NCBI GenBank assembly: GCA_964413275.1
Contig: CAYPSO010000009.1
Location: 3,399 to 67,398 of the forward strand
Source: an uncultured bacterium
Lineage (GTDB): Bacteria > Cyanobacteriota > Cyanobacteriia > Cyanobacteriales > JAABRE01
Reading direction: 5' to 3'
DNA length: 64,000 nt
The position numbers and the translations under genes were made by a program. Each line of letters starts with the position of its first letter. Positions within the stretch are counted from its first letter, which is position 1. Positions 36,262-46,454 of this stretch are shown in pieces. Below the pieces are notes generated by a model, which saw only the letters and a list, made by a program, of their open reading frames with translations, was not told the DNA's origin and did no database searches.

Positions 36262-38742
36262 TTATTTATTTACTAACAAAATTCCCTGAGATTGCTGTAA
36301 CTCAAAACAGTTTAAATCAGTAATTTCGAGTCCGGGAGAAGCGATGGCAATTTCCCACTCTTCTAAATCTAACTGCAACCAATCTCCTAAAGTTGCGATT
36401 AATTCTTCACCTTCTAGGTGAGCAATCATGGCAATTTTTTCGTCATTATTATCTGGATTATGACGTATGCCATAAAAAACTGTACGATCGCGATCGCTAA
36501 TTTTATTAAAGCGATCGATCCAGGCTAAATTTTTAGTTAACCAAGGATATTTATGGCGAAAATCCCGTAAAGCGAAATTAAATTGAGTGTGTGCATCGGA
36601 TAACATATTTTCATAATGCCAAACATTGCAAATATCAAAACCATCTTCCATAAACATCAAAGCAAACATCTTTAATTTAGGAATATCTAGCTCCTTGAGA
36701 AACTTAACCATTTCTGGATTATTTGATATTTTTAACTTATTTACCGTACACTCCTGGGCATTATCTCCTAAACAAGACTGTAGCACTTTTACTAAATCAT
36801 AATCGCTCAGAAGCATAGCTTCTACTAGACTATTACCAAATTCCTGTAACTGTTCTAAGGTGGCAAATCCTAAAGACTTTAAACGTTGAAAAGCAAAAGG
36901 TTTTTGATACAAATCCTCAGTTATTTGCCAATCTAAAAAACCCATTTCTTCTGAGACAACCTTAACACCATAACGATCGTCTGTATTACGAAAAAACATC
37001 CAAGGTGCGCGCATAGTTGTATTAATAAAATCCATCGGTAAACCCGGAGTAAAACCATATATCCAAAGAGTTACCGCCGGATTATCATAGGCATTATCAA
37101 ATACTTCGGGTAAATTTTCCCCTAAACTCCAGTTAATTTGTTGATGCATGGGGATTTGATTCCCTCTTCTTAAGGTATCGTGATTACCGCAACCAGTAAT
37201 CCAATTTTCTCCCATGTGCATCACCTCACCAATTCTGCGCCACTTCTTCTCCCAAAAGCCTTTTAAAGTAGGAGTATTATGGGCAAAAATTAATGGTCCC
37301 CATTGATAGGATTCTGGCATTAATTCAATTAATTCTCGATAGGTGGAAGTCTCTTCCCAGCCTTCTTCTGGCCATGGTCTTCCATCCTCAAAAATTGTAA
37401 ACATCAAGCGTTTATACTCACCTATTTCTTGAACCACATTAGCCATAGACAATAAATAAGCATCATCCTGTTCAACTCGACCACTTAAAGGATTAAAAAA
37501 GCGAAAATCTTGACCTCCATCTACTCTAATCCCATCGGCACCCTTATTTAACTTCCGTCGCTGCATTTCCAATAAAATAGCTCTCACGTTGGGAAGTTGA
37601 TGGTTCAAATCCTGACCATACATATTAGGCCCCTTCATAAATTGGCGATTAATTAGTAATTCTGATTGGTTATCAGCATGACCATAGACTAAATCATAAA
37701 TTACCTGAATTGGCCCTGTAGAAAAATTATGCAAGGTTGCAATAAAATCCCAAACTTCCGCAGGTCGTAAACTTCCGAGTAAAGCCGGATTAGTTGCAGC
37801 AGAGCCAAGAATTGGCACATCATAACCCCAATCTTGGGTATTAGGTTTTCTCAGGTCTATTTCAATTTCTGTAGTTTTAAAATTAATAATTGCTTGACCT
37901 TTTTTAACCTTTGGTTCTTCTTCCGTTAACAGGAAAAATTCACTAATGGGACTGTAATCATTACGATACTCAATACTAGGCTCAGTGGGTAATAGTTGCA
38001 CTGCATCGTAACCCACAAAATTAGATTCTGCTGGAGTTAAAGGTTTATTTTTAGCTAATTTATCAGAAATAGTTTGAAATATACGGGTTAAACCGGCAAA
38101 AGTACCTTCTGGAGAGGCTGTACCAATGTGTAACTGAAGAATATTGACAGGAGGGTTAACCCGAGGAATAGCTTTTTGATCCTCTATATCCTTAATCCCT
38201 GTGCGCTTAAAATAGGACATATCTGCTCTATTTGCTTGTACACTATCAATATCATAAAGCTCGGCTGGTGCGAAGATACCAAAAGGTAAGGAATGGGCTA
38301 AAACATCTCTAATCACCCTTAATTTCATTTCTGGGTCTATATAACGCAACCAATAAAAAGAACCTACTTGTTCGCGGTTTCCTGAGCGCATTCCTGCAAC
38401 TACTCCACAAAAATATTCACCATGTTGTTGTAAACGAAGACGCGCTCTTTTAAATTTGATTTTCTGTGATTTTAGTTGAAAATCTATTGTTTCTATGGGA
38501 GTAAATACTTCAAGATAAATATCTCTTGGTCTCATCACTTCTCCCGTTAATTCTGGAGTCCAAAGACAGATTTCTGTTAATCCATCACTACGATAGTGCG
38601 CTCCTAATTTACGAGCGATTGCCTGACTTTTTTCAAAATATGTTATTGAGGAATGTTCGATTTTAACAATCTCATCTATTAAAATCTGTGTTTCTTTTTC
38701 TATTAGTTTTATTTTTTGCTTTTTTTCTTGTAAGACAACCAT
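36262..38742 (-). CDS. GH13-like glycoside hydrolase, candidate glucosylglycerol hydrolase (GghA/Slr1670-type)
   Basis: Alpha-amylase-type catalytic regions are visible (GADGIRVDGGQDF; MFTIFEDG; ITGCGNHDT). It is divergent from ggpS, as slr1670 is in Synechocystis. Confidence 0.55.
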   Translation of the reverse strand: MVVLQEKKQKIKLIEKETQILIDEIVKIEHSSITYFEKSQAIARKLGAHYRSDGLTEICLWTPELTGEVMRPRDIYLEVFTPIETIDFQLKSQKIKFKRARLRLQQHGEYFCGVVAGMRSGNREQVGSFYWLRYIDPEMKLRVIRDVLAHSLPFGIFAPAELYDIDSVQANRADMSYFKRTGIKDIEDQKAIPRVNPPVNILQLHIGTASPEGTFAGLTRIFQTISDKLAKNKPLTPAESNFVGYDAVQLLPTEPSIEYRNDYSPISEFFLLTEEEPKVKKGQAIINFKTTEIEIDLRKPNTQDWGYDVPILGSAATNPALLGSLRPAEVWDFIATLHNFSTGPIQVIYDLVYGHADNQSELLINRQFMKGPNMYGQDLNHQLPNVRAILLEMQRRKLNKGADGIRVDGGQDFRFFNPLSGRVEQDDAYLLSMANVVQEIGEYKRLMFTIFEDGRPWPEEGWEETSTYRELIELMPESYQWGPLIFAHNTPTLKGFWEKKWRRIGEVMHMGENWITGCGNHDTLRRGNQIPMHQQINWSLGENLPEVFDNAYDNPAVTLWIYGFTPGLPMDFINTTMRAPWMFFRNTDDRYGVKVVSEEMGFLDWQITEDLYQKPFAFQRLKSLGFATLEQLQEFGNSLVEAMLLSDYDLVKVLQSCLGDNAQECTVNKLKISNNPEMVKFLKELDIPKLKMFALMFMEDGFDICNVWHYENMLSDAHTQFNFALRDFRHKYPWLTKNLAWIDRFNKISDRDRTVFYGIRHNPDNNDEKIAMIAHLEGEELIATLGDWLQLDLEEWEIAIASPGLEITDLNCFELQQSQGILLVNK

Positions 38743-39275
38743 ATACTTATTTTTTAATCAAAACTACTGATGAATATTTATATACCAGTTATTGGGTAAC
38801 TATTATATAGCAATTATTGAAATTCCATAATTATAACTACAGTTATATATTACTTGTTTGCCTTCAATAATCATTATGCTATCAAGTATTTAGCAGGAAT
38901 TAGATAGCTAAATTGTATTGTATTTTACTTGTTTTTTCTTAAAAACAAATATCTCTCAAACCTAAATAAATCAAGCTTAATCAGTCTTTAGATAGATAAA
39001 TAATGATAAATATTGCCAAATCAGAAATAATTATGTTATATTGATTTGCAGACACGGCTAAACCTTATTATTTCACAGACCTTGTTGAGTTCAAAGACAT
39101 AAAATTTGCTAAATAATATTACTGATACTACTAATAACAAACTAAATTTTACCAATTCGGTAAATAGATATTCAGGTTTTTATGACCTAAAATCAACACT
39201 ATTTAGTGTTTCAAATGGTTGTAATCCTGTTGTTAACTTAAACTTAATAAACCAAAACATAAATAATTTAAAACC

Positions 39276-40763
39276 ATGAAATCATCCTTAGTTATCCTAT
39301 ATCACAGAGCTCCCTACGATGAAATAGTCGAAAATGGAGTTACTCGCTATGTTAGACAAAAAAGTCCTAATGGCATACTTCCAACCTTGAAAAGCTTTTT
39401 TGCTAATGTAAATAGAGGAACATGGGTTGCTTGGAAACAGATAAACTCTAAACAAAAAGCTAATTTTGAAAAAAAAGTAACCGTAGAAGACGAAGCAGGT
39501 TATAGTGTTTATCGTATTCCCTTAACCCCGCAACAGGTCAAAGACTTTTATCACATCACCTCTAAGGAAGCATTTTGGCCGATTCTCCATTCCTTCCCCT
39601 ATCACTTCACTAGTGAATCCTCAGATTGGGAAAATTTCCAGACAGTCAATCGTTTATTTGCTGAGGCTGCTTGTGAAGAGGCAGCAGACGATGCTATTAT
39701 CTGGATTCATGATTATAATCTTTGGCTCGCTCCTAAATATATTCGAGAGATGAAGCCCAATGCAAGGATAGCTTTTTTCCATCACACACCTTTCCCTTCA
39801 GTAGATATATTTAACATTCTGCCTTGGCGAGAACAAATTGTTGACAGTTTATTATGCTGTGACATAGTCGGTTTTCATATTCCCCGCTATTCAGAAAATT
39901 TTGTTAATGTTGCCAAAAGTCTTTATCCCGTAGAAATAGTTAAAAGAGAAAAAGTTTCTGGTCATATGACACCAGTAGGCATAGCACTAGCAGAACCAGA
40001 AATGGTAACTCAACTAAAATATAAAGGACAAATAGTTAATATTGATGCTTTTCCTGTCGGTACAAATCCCCAATTTATTTTATCTGTTTTAAAAGAGGAA
40101 AAAACCCAAGCAAGATTAGCACAAATTAAAGAAGAATTAAATGGAAGAAAATTAATTATAGCGGCAGGTAGAGTTGATTATGTTAAAGGTAATCAAGAAA
40201 AGTTAGAAGCTTATGAAAGATTACTCGCAAGAAGAGCAGATTTACATGGCAAAATAAACTTTGTCATGACTTGTGTTTCCGCCGCATCAGGAATGAAAGT
40301 CTATCAAACTGCCCAGAACAAAATTGAACAAATGGCAGGTAAAATAAACGGAAAGTTTGCTCGTTTCGACTGGACTCCAGTTTTATTATTTACTCAGCCT
40401 TTGCCGTTAATAGATTTATTTTGTTATTACAAAGCTGCTGATATTTGTTGGACAACACCATTAAGAGATGGTTTGAATTTAGTTGCCAAAGAATATATTG
40501 TTGCCCATGAAGGACAAGATGGAATATTAGTTTTATCAGAATTTGTTGGTGCAGCAGTTGAATTACCAGAGGCAATTTTAACTAATCCTTATTCCATAGA
40601 TAAAATGGATGATGCCATTGAAAAAGCCTTGGCTATGTCACCACAACAGCAAAAAGAAAAAATGTCCAAAATGTATCATACTGTCAAAACTTACGACGTT
40701 AAATATTGGGCTGATCGCCTTTTTGAACAATTTCGCAACTTAGAACATAAAACCGAGAATTGA
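39276..40763 (+). CDS. ggpS: Glucosylglycerol-phosphate synthase (GT20)
   Basis: MKSSLVILYHRAPYDEIVENG...KSPNGILPTLKSFF...closely follows Synechocystis GgpS as I recall it. It is 495 aa. Confidence 0.85.
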   Translation: MKSSLVILYHRAPYDEIVENGVTRYVRQKSPNGILPTLKSFFANVNRGTWVAWKQINSKQKANFEKKVTVEDEAGYSVYRIPLTPQQVKDFYHITSKEAFWPILHSFPYHFTSESSDWENFQTVNRLFAEAACEEAADDAIIWIHDYNLWLAPKYIREMKPNARIAFFHHTPFPSVDIFNILPWREQIVDSLLCCDIVGFHIPRYSENFVNVAKSLYPVEIVKREKVSGHMTPVGIALAEPEMVTQLKYKGQIVNIDAFPVGTNPQFILSVLKEEKTQARLAQIKEELNGRKLIIAAGRVDYVKGNQEKLEAYERLLARRADLHGKINFVMTCVSAASGMKVYQTAQNKIEQMAGKINGKFARFDWTPVLLFTQPLPLIDLFCYYKAADICWTTPLRDGLNLVAKEYIVAHEGQDGILVLSEFVGAAVELPEAILTNPYSIDKMDDAIEKALAMSPQQQKEKMSKMYHTVKTYDVKYWADRLFEQFRNLEHKTEN

Positions 40764-40837
40764 TAAATAATTATTCCTTAATCATTTGTTACTTATGATA
40801 AATGATTATAAAACTTTACTAATAACTAACTATAATT

Positions 40838-42538
40838 ATGCGAGATTTAAAACAAATTGAAAATACAACTTACGACCTAATTATAATCGGCGGCGGTATT
40901 AATGGTGCTGGTGTTGCCAGAGATGCAGCTTTACGAGGCTTAAAGACTATATTAATTGAAAAAAATGACTTTGCCGGTGGTACTTCTAGTTGGTCAACTC
41001 GCTTAATTCATGGTGGTTTAAGATATTTAGAATACTTTGAATTTCCTTTAGTTAGAGAATCTTTAAAAGAAAGAGAAGTATTATTAAAAAATGCTCCTCA
41101 TCTAGTCACACCTTTACTTTTAACTGTACCAGTTTACCAAGAAAGGTCACGTCCCTATTGGAAAATTTGGGCGGGTATGATTCTTTACGATATTTTTAGT
41201 TATGATAAAAGCCTACCTATCCATAGGATGTTATCTAAGGCTAAATTTGGACAATTATTTCGTCATTTAGACCCAGAAAATTTGGTAGGAGGCTCACAAT
41301 ATTACGATGCACAAGCAACCTATGCAGAACGTTTGTGTTTAGAAAATATTATCTCTGCACAGCAAGCAGGGGCAACGGTTTTAAATTATGTAACAGTTAC
41401 TGAGTTAGATATTGAAGGACAAAGGATTAAAAGCTTAGTCTGTAAAGACAGTATTAGTGGTAATCAATTTACTATTCAAGGTAGTGAAAAAAGTATTGTT
41501 ATTAATACAGGTGGCCCTTGGGTAGATAAGATTTGTCAATTGGGAGTTAAACAAGGAGAAAAAACTCCCATTGGTAAAAAGAAAAAAATTGGCGGCACTA
41601 AAGGCAGTCATATTGTCGTAGGTAATTTTTCCGGTGCGCCTACAACTGCTTTATATGTAGAAGCTAAAACGGATAGAAGACCATTTTTTATTGTTCCTTG
41701 GTTGGGAATGTATTTAATTGGTACGACCGACTTATATTACAATGGGCCGATAGATAATATTAAAGCAGATGATGAGGAAATTGATTATTTATTAAGGGAA
41801 ACTAATAATATTATTCCCACTGCTCATTTAGGTAGAGATGATGTCAAATTTACTTATTCAGGAGTACGTCCTTTACCCAATGAAGAAGGTAAAAAACCCG
41901 GTAGTGTAACTCGTAAACACATTATTTTTGACCATAGTAAGGAAGGAGTTACTAATCTTCTGTCTTTAATTGGTGGTAAATTAACCACCTATCGTAACGT
42001 TGGTGAGGAAATGGTTGATATTGCCTATAAGAAAATGGGCAAAACTGCACCCCCCTGTAAAACATCTTCACAACCTTTACCGGGGTGTGTCTTACCAAAA
42101 GATAAACGTCTTGAGGATGCCATTAATAGCTACGGGGATTCAATATCTTTGCAGACTATACATCATTTATTTACTATGTATGGCGCAAATGCCGTAAAAG
42201 TGTTAGAATTAGTTGAAGATAAACCCGAACTAGGAGAACTAATTCATCCTAACTTGCCAGATATTAAAGCTCAAATTGTTTTTGCAGTAAATTCAGAAAT
42301 GGCTTATACCTTACTTGACATCTTACGTCGTCGCACTACATTAGCGATGCAGGGTGAGTATGGGTTGCATCTGTTACCTACAGTTACGGATGTTTTACAA
42401 AGATATTGTGATTGGAGTCATGATAAATGCTTGCAACAAGTGCAAGATTATCGCAGATATATGGAATCTAACTGTATTCCTGATTATCAAATCGCAATAA
42501 CCGCATCTTTACCAGATGCCGAACTAGTTGCTAATTAA
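40838..42538 (+). CDS. glpD: FAD-dependent glycerol-3-phosphate dehydrogenase
   Basis: YDLIIIGGGINGAGVARDAALRGLKTILIEKNDFAGGTSSWSTRLIHGGLRYLE. Confidence 0.9.
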   Translation: MRDLKQIENTTYDLIIIGGGINGAGVARDAALRGLKTILIEKNDFAGGTSSWSTRLIHGGLRYLEYFEFPLVRESLKEREVLLKNAPHLVTPLLLTVPVYQERSRPYWKIWAGMILYDIFSYDKSLPIHRMLSKAKFGQLFRHLDPENLVGGSQYYDAQATYAERLCLENIISAQQAGATVLNYVTVTELDIEGQRIKSLVCKDSISGNQFTIQGSEKSIVINTGGPWVDKICQLGVKQGEKTPIGKKKKIGGTKGSHIVVGNFSGAPTTALYVEAKTDRRPFFIVPWLGMYLIGTTDLYYNGPIDNIKADDEEIDYLLRETNNIIPTAHLGRDDVKFTYSGVRPLPNEEGKKPGSVTRKHIIFDHSKEGVTNLLSLIGGKLTTYRNVGEEMVDIAYKKMGKTAPPCKTSSQPLPGCVLPKDKRLEDAINSYGDSISLQTIHHLFTMYGANAVKVLELVEDKPELGELIHPNLPDIKAQIVFAVNSEMAYTLLDILRRRTTLAMQGEYGLHLLPTVTDVLQRYCDWSHDKCLQQVQDYRRYMESNCIPDYQIAITASLPDAELVAN

Positions 42539-42571
42539 CCAGTTTGTATTAATTTAAGGAGGTTTGATGTT

Positions 42572-42703
42572 ATGCAACAATTGCAAGAAGTTAAGTTAAC
42601 CCAATCTAATTGGGTTATTCTCAAAGAAAATGTTTATGATTATTTCCATAGAGGTGTAGATTTCCTATTTTTTGTTTTAGCTGAAGTAGAAGCTCAATTA
42701 TAA
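42572..42703 (+). CDS. Candidate 43-aa small ORF directly after glpD
   Basis: An AAGGAGG Shine-Dalgarno (42556-42562) lies 9 nt before the ATG. The product is MQQLQEVKLTQSNWVILKENVYDYFHRGVDFLFFVLAEVEAQL*. It is below the track's size cut-off. Confidence 0.3.
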   Translation: MQQLQEVKLTQSNWVILKENVYDYFHRGVDFLFFVLAEVEAQL

Positions 42704-42744
42704 TAACTAATTGGGTAGGCATTAATCGCCTACCTAAAATTTTT

Positions 42745-43329
42745 TTAAAGTATTTTCTCAGGAAATATTTTATTTAATTCTAAAATTAAATCTGTAAAAT
42801 CAGGTAAAGCTACTGTTTGTTGTGGTAAATATATCTCTTTTTTACTATAACCGTAATCTCCATTAACTTTTTGATAAGGCTGAGTGTAAATTTCTAATTG
42901 TTGTTCGACTAAGTTAAATAACCAATAATTATTAATTTCTGCTTCTGCATATAAAGGTAATTTTATTTCTCGATCATAATTTAAAGAACTATCGGCAATT
43001 TCAATAATTAAAATAATATCCTTGGGAGTAGGATGACCAGATAAATAATCATCTTCTCTGTTTTTTAGGATAGTAATATCTGGTTCTGGTTCACTTGAAG
43101 AAGGTAATAAAATTGGGTCTTGACATTGCAAAGTTGCTCCATCTTCTAAGAGTTTCGATAACTCCCTAATTAATCTAGTACAGCAAACTCGATGAGGTGT
43201 ACCTTTCGCTGCCATTTGTTGTATTTCTCCCCTAATTAATTCTAGGCGATCGTCTTCTTTTAAAAAGCCAATTTCTGTTAAGCGATGATATTCTTCTAAA
43301 CTAAAATGCTTATTAGTATTCGTTTTCAT
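42745..43329 (-). CDS. Uma2-family endonuclease-like protein, copy 3 of 4
   Basis: LELIRGEIQQMAAKGTPH...PDITIL...ILIIEIADSSLNYDREIKLPLYAEAEINNYWLFN. Confidence 0.85.
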   Translation of the reverse strand: MKTNTNKHFSLEEYHRLTEIGFLKEDDRLELIRGEIQQMAAKGTPHRVCCTRLIRELSKLLEDGATLQCQDPILLPSSSEPEPDITILKNREDDYLSGHPTPKDIILIIEIADSSLNYDREIKLPLYAEAEINNYWLFNLVEQQLEIYTQPYQKVNGDYGYSKKEIYLPQQTVALPDFTDLILELNKIFPEKIL

Positions 43330-43536
43330 GATTATTTTTGTTATTATTAATCAATTTTATTGTCAAGATATTATGACATTTTATTTTTAGTATCTTATTA
43401 TACTGAAAAATCCCCAAATAATTAATAATTATTCTCAATAATTAACGAAGGAATAAGGGGTTGACAAACTCAAAAAAAGTTGATATTCTAATTCTACCCT
43501 TTAAATGATATTATGCCTTTCTTGTGTCTAAATATA

Positions 43537-44166
43537 TTAAATTCTTGATTTAACAAAGTTAACAAAATTAGAAAGTATTTGTAAGCCATTATCCGAAGAT
43601 TTTTCTGGGTGAAATTGCACAGCCATAAGATTATTGAGAGCGATCGCAGCCGTTATCGTTTGAGTACCATGGGTTACAGTAGCAGCTTGAACCTTTTTAT
43701 CAATGGGTTCAACATAATAGGAATGAACAAAATAACAGTAAGGATGAGTTGGTAAATTTTGCCACAGAGATAGATTAGGTTGCTTATAATCTAAAGCATT
43801 CCAACCCATGTGAGGTATAGTAATATCCGGCTCTTTAATAAATCTTTTAACTTCTCCGGGGATAATACCCAAACCCTTTTCTTTTCCTTCTTCAGAGCGA
43901 TCAAATAATATTTGTAATCCGAGACAAATACCTAAAAATGGTTTACCAGAAGCAATAACCTCTTTAATAGGTAATTCTAAATCCCTAGCTCTTAAATGCT
44001 GTACTGCGGGATCAAAAGAACCTACTCCGGGCAAGACAATTGCATCTGCAGTTTCAATTTCTTTAGCAATATCTGTCACTGTAGGAATTGCCCCTGCTTT
44101 TTCTAAGCCTTTACAAGCAGAGTGTAGATTTCCCATGTCATAATCAATAACAGCAATTTTTACCAT
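43537..44166 (-). CDS. hisH: Imidazole glycerol phosphate synthase, glutamine amidotransferase subunit
   Basis: MVKIAVIDYDMGNLHSACKGLE...PFLGICLGLQ...VQFHPEKS. Confidence 0.9.
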   Translation of the reverse strand: MVKIAVIDYDMGNLHSACKGLEKAGAIPTVTDIAKEIETADAIVLPGVGSFDPAVQHLRARDLELPIKEVIASGKPFLGICLGLQILFDRSEEGKEKGLGIIPGEVKRFIKEPDITIPHMGWNALDYKQPNLSLWQNLPTHPYCYFVHSYYVEPIDKKVQAATVTHGTQTITAAIALNNLMAVQFHPEKSSDNGLQILSNFVNFVKSRI

Positions 44167-44202
44167 AATTTTTTTACAAGATTACTTTAATATTTTACTA
44201 TT

Positions 44203-44709
44203 ATGACTAAAAAAATATTACTTACCTCTTTTCAAACATGGCTACAGCACCAAAAATCAAACTCTTCTGACGATTTATTAATAAGTATTTCCAATAATCT
44301 TCCTAAATATATTGAATATAATTTTTTAAGACAACTCCCAGTTAACATTCCCCAAGCCAGTTATCAAGTTATTAAATATATTAAAACAAATAAACCACAA
44401 CAGATTATTTGTTGTGGTATGGCAGAAAAACGTCATTATTTAACAATAGAGTCTCAGGCTAGTTGGAAAAAACAAAAAATTAAAACATCTATCAATTTAA
44501 GTAAACTTATTTCAAAATTATCTTATACTAAAATTAGTCACGATGCCGGTAAATTTGTTTGTGAAGGCTTATATTATCGTGTTTTAAGTTATATTCAAAA
44601 ACATCATCCTAAAAGCAAATGTATGTTTATTCATGTACCAATTTTAAACCAAAATAATTTATTACCAATTTTAAAAGACATGGAAATAATTATGAATTAT
44701 GAATTATGA
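44203..44709 (+). CDS. Peptidase C15 (pyroglutamyl peptidase)-like protein
   Basis: Candidate Glu/Cys/His triad contexts: CGMAEKRHYLTIESQA, DAGKFVCEGLYYRVL and MFIHVP. The last codons (MNYEL*) come from an AATTATG x4 heptamer array (44688-44718). Confidence 0.55.
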   Translation: MTKKILLTSFQTWLQHQKSNSSDDLLISISNNLPKYIEYNFLRQLPVNIPQASYQVIKYIKTNKPQQIICCGMAEKRHYLTIESQASWKKQKIKTSINLSKLISKLSYTKISHDAGKFVCEGLYYRVLSYIQKHHPKSKCMFIHVPILNQNNLLPILKDMEIIMNYEL

Positions 44710-44782
44710 ATTATGAATTGCAAAATTAGTCTAAAAACTTAATGAACAGGAAATTATTAATAACTATTAACCATTAACTATT

Positions 44783-46102
44783 ATGTTTGATTTATTTACT
44801 TTTTTACCTCTTATCAATTCTCCCTATCTTTATAGTCAAAATATAGTAAAACCTAGCATAATTCGTCCTTTACCCGGAGAATTAAATGAAATTCCAGTAT
44901 TTAACAGTAATAGTCCCGAATTGGTATTAGGAGAAGGTATTTTACTTTCAACCTTTACGAGGGAAAATAAAGTTAATCCAGAAGCCCATTTAAACTTTGC
45001 TTTTAATGGTAGATTTGATGTATTTGCCCATCATGTAGCCAAACCACCCACAGAAAATGATTCACGTACCTTATATTTAGGAATAATTATACATAACCCC
45101 ACTGAAAAAACTGTTACTTTAGATATTTTACAAGGAGCGAGTTATTTAAGTCAGCCTGATGCACCATTCATTGAGCTACCAGCCCAAGTTGAAAGTAATA
45201 ATATCTATGCAGGGCCAGGTAGTCGGGTAATGGGGGATATTTTACAAGGAAAACGTCAAGAAATATTTCCCAAACAAATAGTAATTTCGCCTAAAAAGAG
45301 CGAAATGATAGTTAATTTACCTATTCCTGTTCAAGAACTTAGTCCTCCTCTTAATGGACGTTCTACCTACCTGAAATTATATAGTGACGGTAATTTATAT
45401 TTAGCAAGTTTAGCTATGTATGGAGAAACAGATGATAATCCACCGTCTTTGTCAGCGTGGGAAAAATTATTAGAAAATGATGCATTATCCACTCCTAGAG
45501 ATTTAGCACCAACTCCTCCTAATAATGAAGATAAAATTATTTATGGTAGGGTTGCTGGAGTTTCTCAAGGTAATTTGTGGAAAACAGATTTAGTCGATTC
45601 TCCGAGTAGTAATATCCTCACTATTCCTGCCTCTGGTGAATCATTTTCCTATGGTTTAAGTACCTTGGTTGGTGGCACATTGGGAACAAATCAAATACAA
45701 ACTGCACCTATGTTAGTACGTTATCCTGATACTGCCTATAATGCTCATGGAAATTATGGAGTACAATATAGTTTGACTTTGCCTTTATTTAATCCAGAAA
45801 AAGAAAATAAAACTGTTAGTATCACTATTTCAACTCCTATTAAAAAAGATAATTCTGAAATAGAATTTTTAGATAATCCAGGTCCTCAAATATTTTTTCG
45901 AGGTATGGTAATGGTTAAATATAATGATGACCAAAATATACCTCGTTTGAAATATTTTCATTTAGTGCAAAAAAGAGGCGAACAAGGGAAAAATTTGTTA
46001 GAATTAACTATGCTTCCGCATAGTAAAAAATTAGTATCTGTTGATTTTCTTTATCCTCCCGATGCTACTCCTCCACAAATTTTAACAGTCAAAACTGATT
46101 AA
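44783..46102 (+). CDS. Conserved cyanobacterial hypothetical protein (possibly DUF3370)
   Basis: 439-aa ORF with a hydrophobic N-terminus. The family name is from memory only. Confidence 0.45.
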   Translation: MFDLFTFLPLINSPYLYSQNIVKPSIIRPLPGELNEIPVFNSNSPELVLGEGILLSTFTRENKVNPEAHLNFAFNGRFDVFAHHVAKPPTENDSRTLYLGIIIHNPTEKTVTLDILQGASYLSQPDAPFIELPAQVESNNIYAGPGSRVMGDILQGKRQEIFPKQIVISPKKSEMIVNLPIPVQELSPPLNGRSTYLKLYSDGNLYLASLAMYGETDDNPPSLSAWEKLLENDALSTPRDLAPTPPNNEDKIIYGRVAGVSQGNLWKTDLVDSPSSNILTIPASGESFSYGLSTLVGGTLGTNQIQTAPMLVRYPDTAYNAHGNYGVQYSLTLPLFNPEKENKTVSITISTPIKKDNSEIEFLDNPGPQIFFRGMVMVKYNDDQNIPRLKYFHLVQKRGEQGKNLLELTMLPHSKKLVSVDFLYPPDATPPQILTVKTD

Positions 46103-46202
46103 TTTAATTATTTAGTTATTTTTTAATATTGAAATCAATAATGATTGTATTTTTTGTTAAGAAAAAATAATACATATCACAAACTAATAAATTTTATGTA
46201 AC

Positions 46203-46406
46203 TTGATTAACATAAATCAAAAAATATCACAAATTTTTTCAGGAAATATTAAATATGAAGGTGAAAGAGATAATCCAGTTTTTAATGAGCGTGGTAAATT
46301 CACCCCTGTAGAAATTATGGTTGGGGGCGATCGAGTTTTGGATGCAGCTTCAGAAGTTAATGACAAGATTCCTGAAAATACAGCCTTTACAATTAGTTGG
46401 TTATAA
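46203..46406 (+). CDS. Hypothetical small protein (TTG start in the track; could be the 29-aa version starting at an internal ATG)
   Basis: ORF only, 48 nt upstream of the JmjC gene on the same strand. Confidence 0.25.
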   Translation: MININQKISQIFSGNIKYEGERDNPVFNERGKFTPVEIMVGGDRVLDAASEVNDKIPENTAFTISWL

Positions 46407-46454
46407 GTTATTTAAAATTGCTATATTAAGTTTGATGAAAATTAAGCACTTATT

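Noticed and set aside
38743-39275. Search for a ggpR-like small ORF or other gene in the 533-nt gghA/ggpS spacer
   Set aside because: The longest ATG-initiated frames I found are 7-13 codons. Nothing is supportable as a gene.
43440-43500. TTGACA-N17-TATTCT promoter-like sequence pointing into the 3' end of hisH (possible antisense promoter)
   Set aside because: In roughly two-thirds A+T DNA such matches are expected by chance. There is no downstream + strand gene for about 700 nt.
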